Sequence record: MZ501070
Direction: 5' to 3' (one strand)
Length of the DNA: 44,295 nt
Origin: Escherichia phage GeorgBuechner
This document shows, in pieces, positions 27,589-36,185 of the stretch. Position 1 is the stretch's first letter, and the number at the start of each line of letters is the position of its first letter. Under the pieces are notes generated by a model. It was given only the letters and a program-made list of their open reading frames with translations, was not told where the DNA came from and made no database searches. A program made the position numbers and the translations under genes.

Positions 27589-29009
27589 TTGCGCGCCTTT
27601 TTAGCTTTCATGTATTCCATTAAATCGTCCTGAATGTCCCGCTTACTGTCGCGACGCTCCGCGACCAGTTCGTCCAGTGTGCCGCGCGCCTGGATAATGT
27701 AGACGAATACGGGACGAGGGTGTCCGGCTTGCATCTGGCGAACTGGCCCGATACGCTCCACGATCTGCGCGAAATGCTCATAGTTCCAGGTGTCTGAGAA
27801 GATAGCAAGGTGGTGTCCGCCGTCCTGCAAGTTAAGGCCGTGACCTGCCGATGCCGGGTGCGCAAACATGATGGGGATCTCGCCCCTGTTCCACGCTTCC
27901 ATATCCTTATTTCCTTGCTTTCCCTTACCCATCGCGACGCCGTGCGGGAATTTCTTCTTAAGACGTGCCAGGTCATGCTTGTACTGGTACGCGACGAGCA
28001 ACGGTGCGCCGTTCAACTCCTCTACGATACTTTCCAGCGCGTCCAGTTTAGCGTCGTGAATTTTCACCCATTCGTCGGTGCGCTCGCCGTCTTCGTCGAC
28101 TTTATACACGGCCCCGGAAGCAAGCTGAAGGCACTTAATAGTCTTCGAAGCAGCGTTCGCCGCCTCCACCGTCCCGCTTTCCAGTTCGGCAAATAGCTCC
28201 GCTTCGAACTGGTCATAAATCTTGCGGGCTTTCTTCGGCAGGTCAACAACAACCGGCGTATAGATTGGCTTGTCACACCCGAAGTATTCAGCCGCATCAA
28301 CGGTTAGCGACACGTCGGACAGGCGTTGTTGTATTTCTTTCTCGGAGTTCTTAAGCGGGGCGTGCTGCATAGTGAAGCTGCCAGGCTTAACCGGCTTACT
28401 AATAAACCAGCGGTCTGTGAATGCCTTATAGCTACTGCCGAGGCGTTCGCCACCGTCTACGAACCACGTCTGACCCCATAAGTCTTTCAGCCCGTTTGGC
28501 GCCGGTGTGCCGGTCAGGTTAATCCAGCGCTTGACGTGCTTATGTGCGATTGCCGCCAGTGCGCGTGCGCGCTTACTACCCTGCTTGCTTCGGTAGCCTT
28601 TCAGCTTAGTCGATTCATCGGCAACAACGACCGTAAAGGGCCACGCATCGCCGTAATAGTCAACCAGCCACTCAACCACATCATAGTTAACACAAACCAC
28701 GTTAGCGTCGCTCTCAAGCGCCGCAATACGGTCCTTCTCCGACCCAGTGCCGTCTACGACCAGCAGGGATGAGAACCGCCATTTCTCCTGCTCCGGGGGC
28801 CATGTACCCGACGCAACACGCAGCGGGGCCAGCACCAGTACGCGGTCCTCATGGTGGGACAGGACGCCAGTCTGGAACATTTTATTCAGCGCCCACATTG
28901 TCGCGCCGGTTTTACCGGACCCCATTGTCGCCCAGATATTACATCGCTTATGCTTGAGGATGAACGAGGTTATCAACTTCTGATATTCGCGGCGTCGGAA
29001 TCTTGCCAT
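27585..29009 (-). CDS. DNA helicase (SNF2/DEAD-like superfamily 2)
   Basis: 474 aa from ATG 29007-29009 with SD AAGGAGG (track ORF extends to 29099 but overlaps the upstream gene); Walker A MGSGKTGA, DExx-like VVADEST. Confidence 0.8.
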   Translation of the reverse strand: MARFRRREYQKLITSFILKHKRCNIWATMGSGKTGATMWALNKMFQTGVLSHHEDRVLVLAPLRVASGTWPPEQEKWRFSSLLVVDGTGSEKDRIAALESDANVVCVNYDVVEWLVDYYGDAWPFTVVVADESTKLKGYRSKQGSKRARALAAIAHKHVKRWINLTGTPAPNGLKDLWGQTWFVDGGERLGSSYKAFTDRWFISKPVKPGSFTMQHAPLKNSEKEIQQRLSDVSLTVDAAEYFGCDKPIYTPVVVDLPKKARKIYDQFEAELFAELESGTVEAANAASKTIKCLQLASGAVYKVDEDGERTDEWVKIHDAKLDALESIVEELNGAPLLVAYQYKHDLARLKKKFPHGVAMGKGKQGNKDMEAWNRGEIPIMFAHPASAGHGLNLQDGGHHLAIFSDTWNYEHFAQIVERIGPVRQMQAGHPRPVFVYIIQARGTLDELVAERRDSKRDIQDDLMEYMKAKKARK

Positions 29010-29013
29010 CTCT

Positions 29014-29232
29014 TTATTCCTCCTTTTTCCAGACTTCAGTTTCACTATCCCAGTTCCTCTTTGTGGCGTCGTAGTTGGTGGCGTGTCCGATGTGGACACC
29101 GGTAGCCCGGAAGCTCTTGAACTTCTGCCAGCACACCGTCAACGGCAGCGGGTGGTTCATGCCCGCAATAAACCACACGCGATCGCCCTGTTTACATTCG
29201 CCCAGCTTGGTGAGTCGGTAATGTTCTTTCAT
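29014..29232 (-). CDS. Small hypothetical protein
   Basis: 72 aa from ATG 29230-29232 (MKEHYRLTKL...) with SD GGGAG; longer TTG-initiated track ORF rejected. Confidence 0.4.
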   Translation of the reverse strand: MKEHYRLTKLGECKQGDRVWFIAGMNHPLPLTVCWQKFKSFRATGVHIGHATNYDATKRNWDSETEVWKKEE

Positions 29233-29275
29233 CGTCATGTCTCCCAAAAATGGCGGGACAAGCCCGCCATATTGA

Positions 29276-29449
29276 TTATTCTTGTTCTGCACGATAGCGG
29301 CGCTGCCGTTCGCGCTCTTTCTTATTGCGGCACGATTTGCACTCGGCCCGATGCCCGTCCGGGCTGCGCGCAGTCTTACCGGTGTATTTGTGGAACTGAG
29401 ACAGCGGCTTGATACAACCGCAATTACTACAACGTTTTTCTTCAATCAT
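29276..29449 (-). CDS. Small zinc-finger-like protein
   Basis: 57 aa from ATG 29447-29449 (MIEEKRCSNCGC...ECKSC); two Cys pairs and a basic C-terminus; SD GAGGA. Confidence 0.45.
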   Translation of the reverse strand: MIEEKRCSNCGCIKPLSQFHKYTGKTARSPDGHRAECKSCRNKKERERQRRYRAEQE

Positions 29450-29489
29450 TTCTAAAATCCTCGATAGTGCTAACCGGCACACTATACCG

Positions 29490-29768
29490 CTACGCGACCA
29501 ATTCAGCAACCAATAAATCACAGTCGGCTATGTTGTCGATAACGCGAACGTCAGCACCGCGGCGGGCCATTCGCTCATGTTCACGTACCTGGTGCGGCTT
29601 TGGTTTTCCTCCGGGGCGCTTCACTTCTACGAATACCACTTTGCCGTTTATGATTATAATCAGGTCGGGCGCGCCTGAGCGCCCCTCCCATATCACCTTA
29701 CGGCAGAATCCGCCAACCGCTTTCACCAGCTTCATCAGGTGACTTTGTACCTTGCCTTCTGGTGTCAT
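29490..29768 (-). CDS. VRR-NUC domain nuclease
   Basis: 92 aa; GAPDLIIIINGKVVFVEVKRPGGKPKPHQ matches the D ... E-V-K core of VRR-NUC proteins; start overlaps polymerase stop. Confidence 0.65.
   Translation of the reverse strand: MTPEGKVQSHLMKLVKAVGGFCRKVIWEGRSGAPDLIIIINGKVVFVEVKRPGGKPKPHQVREHERMARRGADVRVIDNIADCDLLVAELVA
29495..29514. promoter_or_regulatory. GCGACCAAT / GCAACCAAT motif pair at the 3' end of the VRR-NUC gene
   Basis: GCGACCAATtcaGCAACCAAT overlapping the last codons of 29490..29768. Confidence 0.35.
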
Positions 29769-32059
29769 TATTTTCTATACCTGTACATGATGTCGCCTTC
29801 TGCGGCAAGTGGGAAGCCTTTCGCCCAAATAGGCAGGTCGCACATCAGTGCGCAAAGCTCCTCGGTCGTGTAGTCGTCGGTGTCCGGCACTTCTGTGATC
29901 AATTCGTCGTGTACTGACAGGACTATTTCATAGCCCGCAGCTTCAACGCCAGGCATGGACCACGCGAGGATATCGCGACACAGCGCCTGTACGATGTTTT
30001 CCGTCAGTTTGCCGCCGTAGGTATACTGGAAGCCCCACTGGCGCGTCGTCTGATTCTCGCCCTGGTATTTGATGCGGGTGCTGGTGCGCTTCTTGCCGGT
30101 GTCTTCGTCGATCTCGGTAGTGACAGACAGCGCGATGCCGGGGTAGCTCATGATGCGCCCCGACGGCAACTCAATTTTCAACCACCAACCGGCGGCGTTC
30201 GGGTCGTCGCGCTCCTCGTCGAAGGTTGGGTCGTGCTTCGCCTTCGTGCGCACAATCTTAAGCGCTTTCCTACCGTCCTGGCGAACGTTCGCGCCAGCCC
30301 AGTATGCTTTGCCCGGATTGCGGATTGCACACAACACCGCGTCCTCAAGCTCGGCCCAAAAGGCTACCGTCTTCGGGTGGGCCTCACGCCACATACGTTT
30401 GATCGCGTCGCAGGTCAGCCAAACGTTTTTAGGCAGTATGTATGTTGGGCGCTCGTCTTTCTTGCCAGGCTTCGGCGGGCGTTTCGCTTCGTTAATGCGG
30501 GCGTACTCATAGCCGCGTTTCGCCGCCGCCCAAATGTGATCCGGGAACGTGCCTTTCATGACGTCAGCCATAGTGTAAAGGTCGAGGCCCAGGTTTTTAG
30601 CGAACTGCAAGAACGCCGCGACGCCGCCACCATAGCCCAGCCCCAATTCGCACGCCTTACCGATCTGGCGTAAGTCCTTGCGGTTAGCTTTAATGTAGTC
30701 CGGGTCCAGGCCGAACATTTTACCGGCAGTCTCGCAATAGATATCGCGACCGGCCTTAAACACCATGAGCGCGGTTTTCTCGCCCGCGATCCAGGCAAGT
30801 CCACGCCCTTCCACGTTGGAGTAGTCCGCTACGACAAACTTCTTGCCCTTAGCCGGGATAATGCACCCGCGAACGGTCGCGGCTGTTAGCTTAGATATGT
30901 CATACGCCCAGTGCGCGGTTCCGCGTAACAGGGCGTTGATGCCGTTGGTGAGCATGTGCGACCGGACCCAAAAAGAAACGTCGCTCTCGCCTTCTCGGCG
31001 CTTAATCTTCCCTTCGTGATCGTCGCTATACTCGCCGCGTGCCAGGTTTTGAGGCTGAAAACCTTTACCGGCCCAACGCAGTGTACGCTTTGCCCCACCA
31101 TACTGAATGCAACCACGGCGGCGTCCATCGGCAGACAGGCCGTTGACGAGCGGATTGTACTTAGTCGATGCCGTTGATGACGCACCGAGACGCATCTCAA
31201 TCAGCGCTTTGCCCTCGTCGGGGAAGTCCGGATCTTCCAGTAGGTCGTTTAGCGTGGATTTCTGCGCGTTGTGGATCGTGAACGCCGGGGCGATATCACG
31301 CAGGATTGGCAGGAAGTCATTTCCTGTCAGTTTACCGCCAAATCGCTCCCAGGCTTCTTCCTTCAATTCTTCCTTATGCGCCTGCACCGCTTTGATCGCG
31401 GCGTTCGCCAGGTCAACGTCCACATAGAAGCCGCGGTCGTTGATCAACTGGTCGATAAGCAGGATTTCATCTTCCTTCGGAGTATTACCCCAGTCCGGTA
31501 TGCGCCAGTAGACTTCACGCATTGCGATAATATCCAGCGCGGCATAGCGCAAAAATTTGGCCCATTCTTCAGGGTGAGTCTCGCGGGTGTAGCGGCGGAT
31601 TTTGTAGGTCTTCGGGGTAGGCTTGCAGAATCGTTTAATCAGCGCCTTGCCTGCCTTATCCTTCGCGTGCTCTGCGTCAACGCCCAGCACCTGGCACTGC
31701 ATATCGAGGCTACCCGGAAGCGCGTGGCGAAAGGCCATAATCATTGTGTCTTCGATCTGGCTTACCGGCAGGTCAATACCCCACTTCTCGCGGATAACCA
31801 GGCGGTCAAACAGGAGGCCGTTAGCCATCACTATTTTAGCCTTCTTGCGGCATACCTGGCGGAGCGCCTTGCGCAGTTCACGCGGCATTGTTGGGGATTC
31901 AGTGGCGTCCCATGTCTGCACGCGGCCCTCGTCGATGGCGTATGTGCAAATCATAATCTCGGTGGTTGGGTGCTCTGCGTAGGCGTACGCCCCTACTTTC
32001 TTCAGGTCCACCCCGCTAAATGTCTCGGTATCGAGAAACAGGCGTTCGAAGTCTTTCAT
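29768..32059 (-). CDS. DNA polymerase, family A, with N-terminal 3'-5' exonuclease domain
   Basis: 763 aa; exo motif LFLDTETFS; Pol A motifs VVADYSNVEGR, RQIGKACELGLGYGGG and LSVHDELITEV. Confidence 0.9.
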   Translation of the reverse strand: MKDFERLFLDTETFSGVDLKKVGAYAYAEHPTTEIMICTYAIDEGRVQTWDATESPTMPRELRKALRQVCRKKAKIVMANGLLFDRLVIREKWGIDLPVSQIEDTMIMAFRHALPGSLDMQCQVLGVDAEHAKDKAGKALIKRFCKPTPKTYKIRRYTRETHPEEWAKFLRYAALDIIAMREVYWRIPDWGNTPKEDEILLIDQLINDRGFYVDVDLANAAIKAVQAHKEELKEEAWERFGGKLTGNDFLPILRDIAPAFTIHNAQKSTLNDLLEDPDFPDEGKALIEMRLGASSTASTKYNPLVNGLSADGRRRGCIQYGGAKRTLRWAGKGFQPQNLARGEYSDDHEGKIKRREGESDVSFWVRSHMLTNGINALLRGTAHWAYDISKLTAATVRGCIIPAKGKKFVVADYSNVEGRGLAWIAGEKTALMVFKAGRDIYCETAGKMFGLDPDYIKANRKDLRQIGKACELGLGYGGGVAAFLQFAKNLGLDLYTMADVMKGTFPDHIWAAAKRGYEYARINEAKRPPKPGKKDERPTYILPKNVWLTCDAIKRMWREAHPKTVAFWAELEDAVLCAIRNPGKAYWAGANVRQDGRKALKIVRTKAKHDPTFDEERDDPNAAGWWLKIELPSGRIMSYPGIALSVTTEIDEDTGKKRTSTRIKYQGENQTTRQWGFQYTYGGKLTENIVQALCRDILAWSMPGVEAAGYEIVLSVHDELITEVPDTDDYTTEELCALMCDLPIWAKGFPLAAEGDIMYRYRK

Positions 32060-32226
32060 TGCTTTATCCTCACTACGGCGTCAGCGCTGCCGATCATGGA
32101 GAAGATGCCGTCAGACAGGGCAATCTCTTCGCCATTGTTGCGAATCTCGGCAACTGTGAAATATTCCCCCAGTAGCTTGGACCATACTTGCATTCCGACT
32201 TTTACTTCGCTGGCTTTAATACGCAT
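32056..32226 (-). CDS. Possible small protein (56 aa) translationally coupled to the polymerase gene
   Basis: ATG at 32224-32226 (MRIKASEVKVGMQVWSKLLGEYF...) ending in an ATGA overlap with the polymerase start; not in the ORF track. Confidence 0.3.
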   Translation of the reverse strand: MRIKASEVKVGMQVWSKLLGEYFTVAEIRNNGEEIALSDGIFSMIGSADAVVRIKQ

Positions 32227-32240
32227 TTTTCATTGTCCTA

Positions 32241-32268
32241 TTAAAAAGCCCGCATTAAGCGGGCTTGA
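32241..32268 (-). terminator. Rho-independent terminator (minus strand) after SSB-like gene
   Basis: Minus strand reads AAGCCCGC-ttaat-GCGGGCTT followed by TTTTT. Confidence 0.7.
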
Positions 32269-32284
32269 ATAGTGGGCTTTGCCC

Positions 32285-33019
32285 TTAACGGCGGCGACGT
32301 TTACGTGGTGCTTCGTCTTCGTCGTCGTCCTCATCTTCATCATCGCGTGGTTTACGACGTTTGCGAGGTTTTTCATCTTCCTCATCGTCGTCATCATCGC
32401 GGCGCTTGGACTTTTTGGACTTGCGCGGTTTGTCGTCTTCGTCTTCGTCATCGTTGTCCAGGTCTTCGTCGGAACATGAAGACCCGCCACCTCCGAAGGC
32501 TTCGCCGTCTTCACGGAATCGCAGACCCAGCAAACCCGCCCCGAGTCCCTTGCCGTTGGTATTGTTCCACGCCCAAATATCAAGGGACACGTTGCAATAA
32601 CAACCGGAGTAGATCTCCTGGCCTTCAATCTCGTCGCCGTCGATGGTCAGACCCTGTTCAGTCTGCTTCTCGCCTAGTGACGTTTGAATGATTGGCTGTT
32701 TGAACGATTTGGCGTTGATATACAACATGCCTTCGAATTCTTCGGTTACTTCATCGCGCTCGTCGCCATCGCGAACCGCACATTCCTTAGAATCCTGGGC
32801 GTAGTGGCGGTCCATCCACTTATCGGCATTCTTCTCGGATTTCAGCTTGTCGGTGAGCACTGCGCGCGCTGCCGCTTCCACTTTGTCCACCTGCGGATCT
32901 TCTTTATCGAGAAGAATCACGGCACGGTATGCCGGTTTTTGTCCATCCTGTTTAGGGGTATCACGTTCCCAGATTTTCAGGAAGCATACGCGCACATTTT
33001 TCAGGTTGACTTTAGCCAT
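32285..33019 (-). CDS. ssDNA-binding protein-like (gp2.5 / DUF2815-like) with repetitive charged C-terminal tail
   Basis: 244 aa from ATG 33017-33019 (MAKVNLKNVRVCF...) with SD GAGGAA; C-terminal ~60 aa are three acidic-block/basic-block repeats ending RKRRRR. Confidence 0.5.
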   Translation of the reverse strand: MAKVNLKNVRVCFLKIWERDTPKQDGQKPAYRAVILLDKEDPQVDKVEAAARAVLTDKLKSEKNADKWMDRHYAQDSKECAVRDGDERDEVTEEFEGMLYINAKSFKQPIIQTSLGEKQTEQGLTIDGDEIEGQEIYSGCYCNVSLDIWAWNNTNGKGLGAGLLGLRFREDGEAFGGGGSSCSDEDLDNDDEDEDDKPRKSKKSKRRDDDDDEEDEKPRKRRKPRDDEDEDDDEDEAPRKRRRR

Positions 33020-33076
33020 TTTCCAATTCCTCATTTTCACATGTATCGGGGTTATTGGAAGCCACCCCGTTCGGCT

Positions 33077-33100
33077 TGGTTGCCAATTTACTTGGTTGCG
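33077..33100. promoter_or_regulatory. Pair of TTGGTTGC motifs upstream of SSB-like gene
   Basis: TTGGTTGCC at 33077-33085 and TTGGTTGCG at 33092-33100. Confidence 0.45.
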
Positions 33101-33109
33101 CCTAAGCGG

Positions 33110-33352
33110 TCAAGCATTTTCGTTAAAAAGATTTCTGGTCACGTAGTTGGTCGCGTTCTCGATCCAGCTTAACGGCGGGCGGTCGATGTTCTTCTCCACC
33201 CATTCTACGGCAGCGTCGCTATAACCGTCGTCCAGCCATTTGGTTGGATGGCGAATCATCCAGGCCACCATTAAGACGCCTTGCACGCAATGCAGGATAA
33301 AGCCCAGCGCGCCGATCAAAAACATCAATAAGATTGCGAATACTTTATTCAT
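33110..33352 (-). CDS. Small membrane protein
   Basis: 80 aa; N-terminal TM segments AILLMFLIGALGFILHCVQGVLMVAWMI; SD ACGAGGA. Confidence 0.45.
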   Translation of the reverse strand: MNKVFAILLMFLIGALGFILHCVQGVLMVAWMIRHPTKWLDDGYSDAAVEWVEKNIDRPPLSWIENATNYVTRNLFNENA

Positions 33353-34778
33353 CGCTTAAGTCCTCGTCAGTAGCTTCATACCACGCAGGGCGCGGGTCGT
33401 CGATTGGTGCTAATACCGGTTTAGCCGGTGCGCGAGTGATTTTATCACACAGCTTCGCCCACACTTTCGGTTTCTCATCCTTCAATACCTTCTCGGCATC
33501 CGTAGGACTGAGCAATGTTTCTTTGTACATCACGTCGCGCTTGATTCGGGCCTTCGTGAAGATCTCAATCACTTCGCTCTCGTCCGCCCACTTGCGGATT
33601 CCTTCCTTACCGGCAACCATCTTGAGGCCCAGCGATTCGCCATCACCCGCCATTACGGCCTTGAATACCGCGGACTCGATAGCCTTGATGTGCTGGCGCA
33701 TTGCGTCAAGACCTTCATATGCCTTGCGCAGTTCCGCGGCGGTCATAGCGCCTGGGGCCGCTTCTTTCTCGCCACGCTTCGCACGTCGTGCTGCTTTGCG
33801 AGCTTCGCGGGCCATATTGCGGTCGTGATTGGCGCATTCTTCCTCTGTAGCAATACTCACGTCGTCGCCCAGGTCTTCGTCTGTTGCCGTTGGTGGGGTC
33901 ATCGTGTCGATTGCGGCCTTAGCGCGGGCGCTACACTGATCCGCAAATCGGCACCACTGGCACGCATCAACGCTGGGCCGAAAGTCGGCACGGGTTAGTC
34001 CCTTTTTGCCGCGGGCGTACGCTTCCAGGGCGGCGACAGCACGCTTGGACGCAAACTTAGCGAATATCTCCAGGGCTTCTACCGAAATATCCCACTCCGA
34101 CGCCCCGCCGCAATACGGCTGGAAGATAACCAGGCGCACGGTCGTAATGTCGTACATGGTTTGCAGCTTGCGCAGCAGGCCGAGCGCGTACAACATAATC
34201 TGTTTGTTTTCTTTCGCCTCGACCTTATGTCGTCCCGTCTTCAGGTCGCCAACAATCAGCATGTACGTGCCGTCGGTCTTCTTCATGACCATAGCCATAT
34301 CGGCAGTACCGAACGTCTTAACCCGGTTGCCGTCGATCTCGAAGCCAGAGTGTAGGACGCGGGTAAGATCGACGCGCATCTCAAGCTGAACAAACTCCGC
34401 CACTTCGAGGAGCGGTCGCCAGTGGTCGATGTATGCGTCGCACTGTTTCACCATGTCGTCGTTGACCAGCACGCCGCCTTTCGGCGCTTTCGGGTGCGCC
34501 TTTACCGGTCCCTTACCTTCGTTCTCGACGTAGCACCCTTTGTACGTCTTCGCGGTTATCAGCTTCTCCCCGGCAATGATGCGGTTGAGCACGACTTCAG
34601 ATACGGTGTGCATACTCGTACCGTTAATCGCCGCTTGCCCGGATTCGTTCGGGATATCTTTTTCCACCACCAGGGCGGCAGGGCAACCCATCCATTTTTT
34701 AGCACCGGACGGCCCGAGTAATGAATGTTCAGTATTACTACCGGATTGTGTTTTGCGCTTCGGTTTAATCGCCATCAT
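33345..34778 (-). CDS. Cas4/RecB-like PD-(D/E)xK exonuclease (DUF2800-like) with cysteine cluster
   Basis: 477 aa; DxK-type segment IVGDLKTGRHK; C-terminal cysteines in CGG...CQWCRFADQC suggest an Fe-S cluster as in Cas4-family nucleases. Confidence 0.6.
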   Translation of the reverse strand: MMAIKPKRKTQSGSNTEHSLLGPSGAKKWMGCPAALVVEKDIPNESGQAAINGTSMHTVSEVVLNRIIAGEKLITAKTYKGCYVENEGKGPVKAHPKAPKGGVLVNDDMVKQCDAYIDHWRPLLEVAEFVQLEMRVDLTRVLHSGFEIDGNRVKTFGTADMAMVMKKTDGTYMLIVGDLKTGRHKVEAKENKQIMLYALGLLRKLQTMYDITTVRLVIFQPYCGGASEWDISVEALEIFAKFASKRAVAALEAYARGKKGLTRADFRPSVDACQWCRFADQCSARAKAAIDTMTPPTATDEDLGDDVSIATEEECANHDRNMAREARKAARRAKRGEKEAAPGAMTAAELRKAYEGLDAMRQHIKAIESAVFKAVMAGDGESLGLKMVAGKEGIRKWADESEVIEIFTKARIKRDVMYKETLLSPTDAEKVLKDEKPKVWAKLCDKITRAPAKPVLAPIDDPRPAWYEATDEDLSDE

Positions 34779-34963
34779 TCCACCCTTGAAAATTGAGCAA
34801 TGTAATAATCGTGTTCAACATTGGCCCGCTTCGCGGCATTGTTCATGGTAGCCGCCAGTCCTAGAGCTTGCATCCAGCAGCAATTCCAGTTTTGATTCAT
34901 AACAATTTCTGGTTGCTCGTCGCCGGTAATACGGCAACGAAATAAAACAAAGAATATAGCCAT
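34775..34963 (-). CDS. Small hypothetical protein
   Basis: 62 aa, SD GGGAGA, overlaps start of exonuclease gene. Confidence 0.4.
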   Translation of the reverse strand: MAIFFVLFRCRITGDEQPEIVMNQNWNCCWMQALGLAATMNNAAKRANVEHDYYIAQFSRVE

Positions 34964-35215
34964 TTATTTCGTCTCCCAGCGGTCGATTGTTTTTGCTTCG
35001 GATGCAACTGCGAAGCGAACATATTCCAGATTGGAATCCGCCCAAATATAAAAGTCTGGATTAGTAAAGGTGGTGCGCTTAATTTGCGCGGGAGTGTTGC
35101 GGCGTTTATCAATTACGGCAACGCGCGATTGAAAGCTGCCGATGCGTTCGAATAGCCAATAATACGGGCGCTGGTCGCGGGAGTCCACCGCCTCGATTAG
35201 CGTGAAGCGTGCCAT
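34964..35215 (-). CDS. Hypothetical protein
   Basis: 83 aa; SD GAGGACGAG; first gene after an intra-operon terminator. Confidence 0.45.
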   Translation of the reverse strand: MARFTLIEAVDSRDQRPYYWLFERIGSFQSRVAVIDKRRNTPAQIKRTTFTNPDFYIWADSNLEYVRFAVASEAKTIDRWETK

Positions 35216-35227
35216 TGTCTCGTCCTC

Positions 35228-35257
35228 TAAAAAGAGGCCCGCAGATTAGCGGGCCGG
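35228..35257 (-). terminator. Rho-independent terminator (minus strand) after the first early gene
   Basis: Minus strand reads GGCCCGC-taatct-GCGGGCC-TC-TTTTT. Confidence 0.65.
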
Positions 35258-35263
35258 AATACA

Positions 35264-35782
35264 TTAATCTTCCAGTTCGAAATAGGTTTCGACGATTTCT
35301 TTTAGCTCTGTGTGGAAGTCTTCGACGTCGTCATCTTCCAGCTTGGCGATTGATTTGATCTCGAACGATTCCAGCAGGTCGTCGAATTCGTCGTTCGCAT
35401 CGTCGTCATCACCACCGGCGATAATCGCGGCATACTGTTTGATTTCGTCGCGCATCTCCGCCAGCGGATCGGCATCTTTCTTACCTTTGCCTTTCGCCGG
35501 TGCTTTTTTGGCCTTAGCCGGTTTTTCGTCTTCGGCGTCTTCGTCGTCGTCATCTTCTACGACTTCTTTTTTGGCCTTACCCTTCGCCGGTGCTTTTTTA
35601 GCTTTAGCCGGTTTTTCGTCTTCGGCGTCATCGTCGCCATCTTCGACAACTTCTTTTTTGGCCTTAGACGGCTTCTTGTCTTCCTGCTTACCAACGGCAG
35701 CGCCAACGGTTTCATAATGCTTTGCAATGGTTTCCAGTGCTACTACGCCGCGAGTGATCAGGTTTACGATTTGCTCAAACAT
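35264..35782 (-). CDS. Acidic/lysine-rich repeat protein, first gene of the leftward early operon
   Basis: 172 aa from ATG 35780-35782 (MFEQIVNL...) with SD GGAG; two ~29 aa tandem repeats KKEVVEDxDDDAEDEKPAKAKKAPAKGK; the longer track ORF is rejected as a 5' leader. Confidence 0.55.
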   Translation of the reverse strand: MFEQIVNLITRGVVALETIAKHYETVGAAVGKQEDKKPSKAKKEVVEDGDDDAEDEKPAKAKKAPAKGKAKKEVVEDDDDEDAEDEKPAKAKKAPAKGKGKKDADPLAEMRDEIKQYAAIIAGGDDDDANDEFDDLLESFEIKSIAKLEDDDVEDFHTELKEIVETYFELED

Positions 35783-35978
35783 GGTATATCTCCGATTGGT
35801 TAAGTTTAGGTGTCGGCAGTTAACTTCGTCGGTGGCCTTAACATATTGCCAGGTTACGCGTTCTCCCGTTCGGGTAGTGGACCTGGTTATATAATCACGG
35901 TTGGGAATCCTGACACTTCGATCCGGCCCCTGCGTTGCCCCTCTCCAGTTTGCGTCCTGCATCCTGTCGACGGGGTGA

Positions 35979-36008
35979 ATAATAGATTGGTTGCAGGATG
36001 GGCGTCAA
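35979..36008 (-). promoter_or_regulatory. Candidate leftward early promoter
   Basis: Minus strand TTGACG - 18 nt - TATTAT; the spacer contains TGCAACCAAT; about 190 nt upstream of the first leftward gene. Confidence 0.4.
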
Positions 36009-36019
36009 CAACTAATTTC

Positions 36020-36055
36020 AAAAAAAAAAGCGCCGAGGCAAAATGCGACGGCGCT
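36020..36055 (-). terminator. Strong rho-independent terminator on minus strand inside the divergent control region
   Basis: Minus strand reads AGCGCCG-tcgcattttgcct-CGGCGCT followed by T10. Confidence 0.65.
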
Positions 36056-36125
36056 AACCAATAAGAGACAATGAGACGGGAATAATTATTACACGCGTGC
36101 GCGCCCGTTTCAATATCCAAAGGAT

Positions 36126-36154
36126 TTGACACCGTGCAGTTTTGGGTGTAGTTT
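36126..36154 (+). promoter_or_regulatory. Candidate rightward promoter
   Basis: TTGACA - 17 nt - TAGTTT about 30 nt upstream of the regulator gene. Confidence 0.4.
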
Positions 36155-36185
36155 CGTTGGCCATTAACCAACTGAGGGCAGAGCA

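Noticed and set aside
29010-29099. Longer helicase start at 29099 and the TTG-initiated ORF 29014..29445
   Set aside because: These would overlap each other by about 86 nt; internal ATGs with strong SDs (29007-29009 for the helicase, 29230-29232 for the small gene) give a clean, translationally coupled arrangement.
35783-35962. N-terminal extension of the acidic-protein ORF (track 35264..35962)
   Set aside because: The internal ATG at 35780-35782 has a good SD; the extension overlaps the promoter and motif region and is more likely 5' leader.
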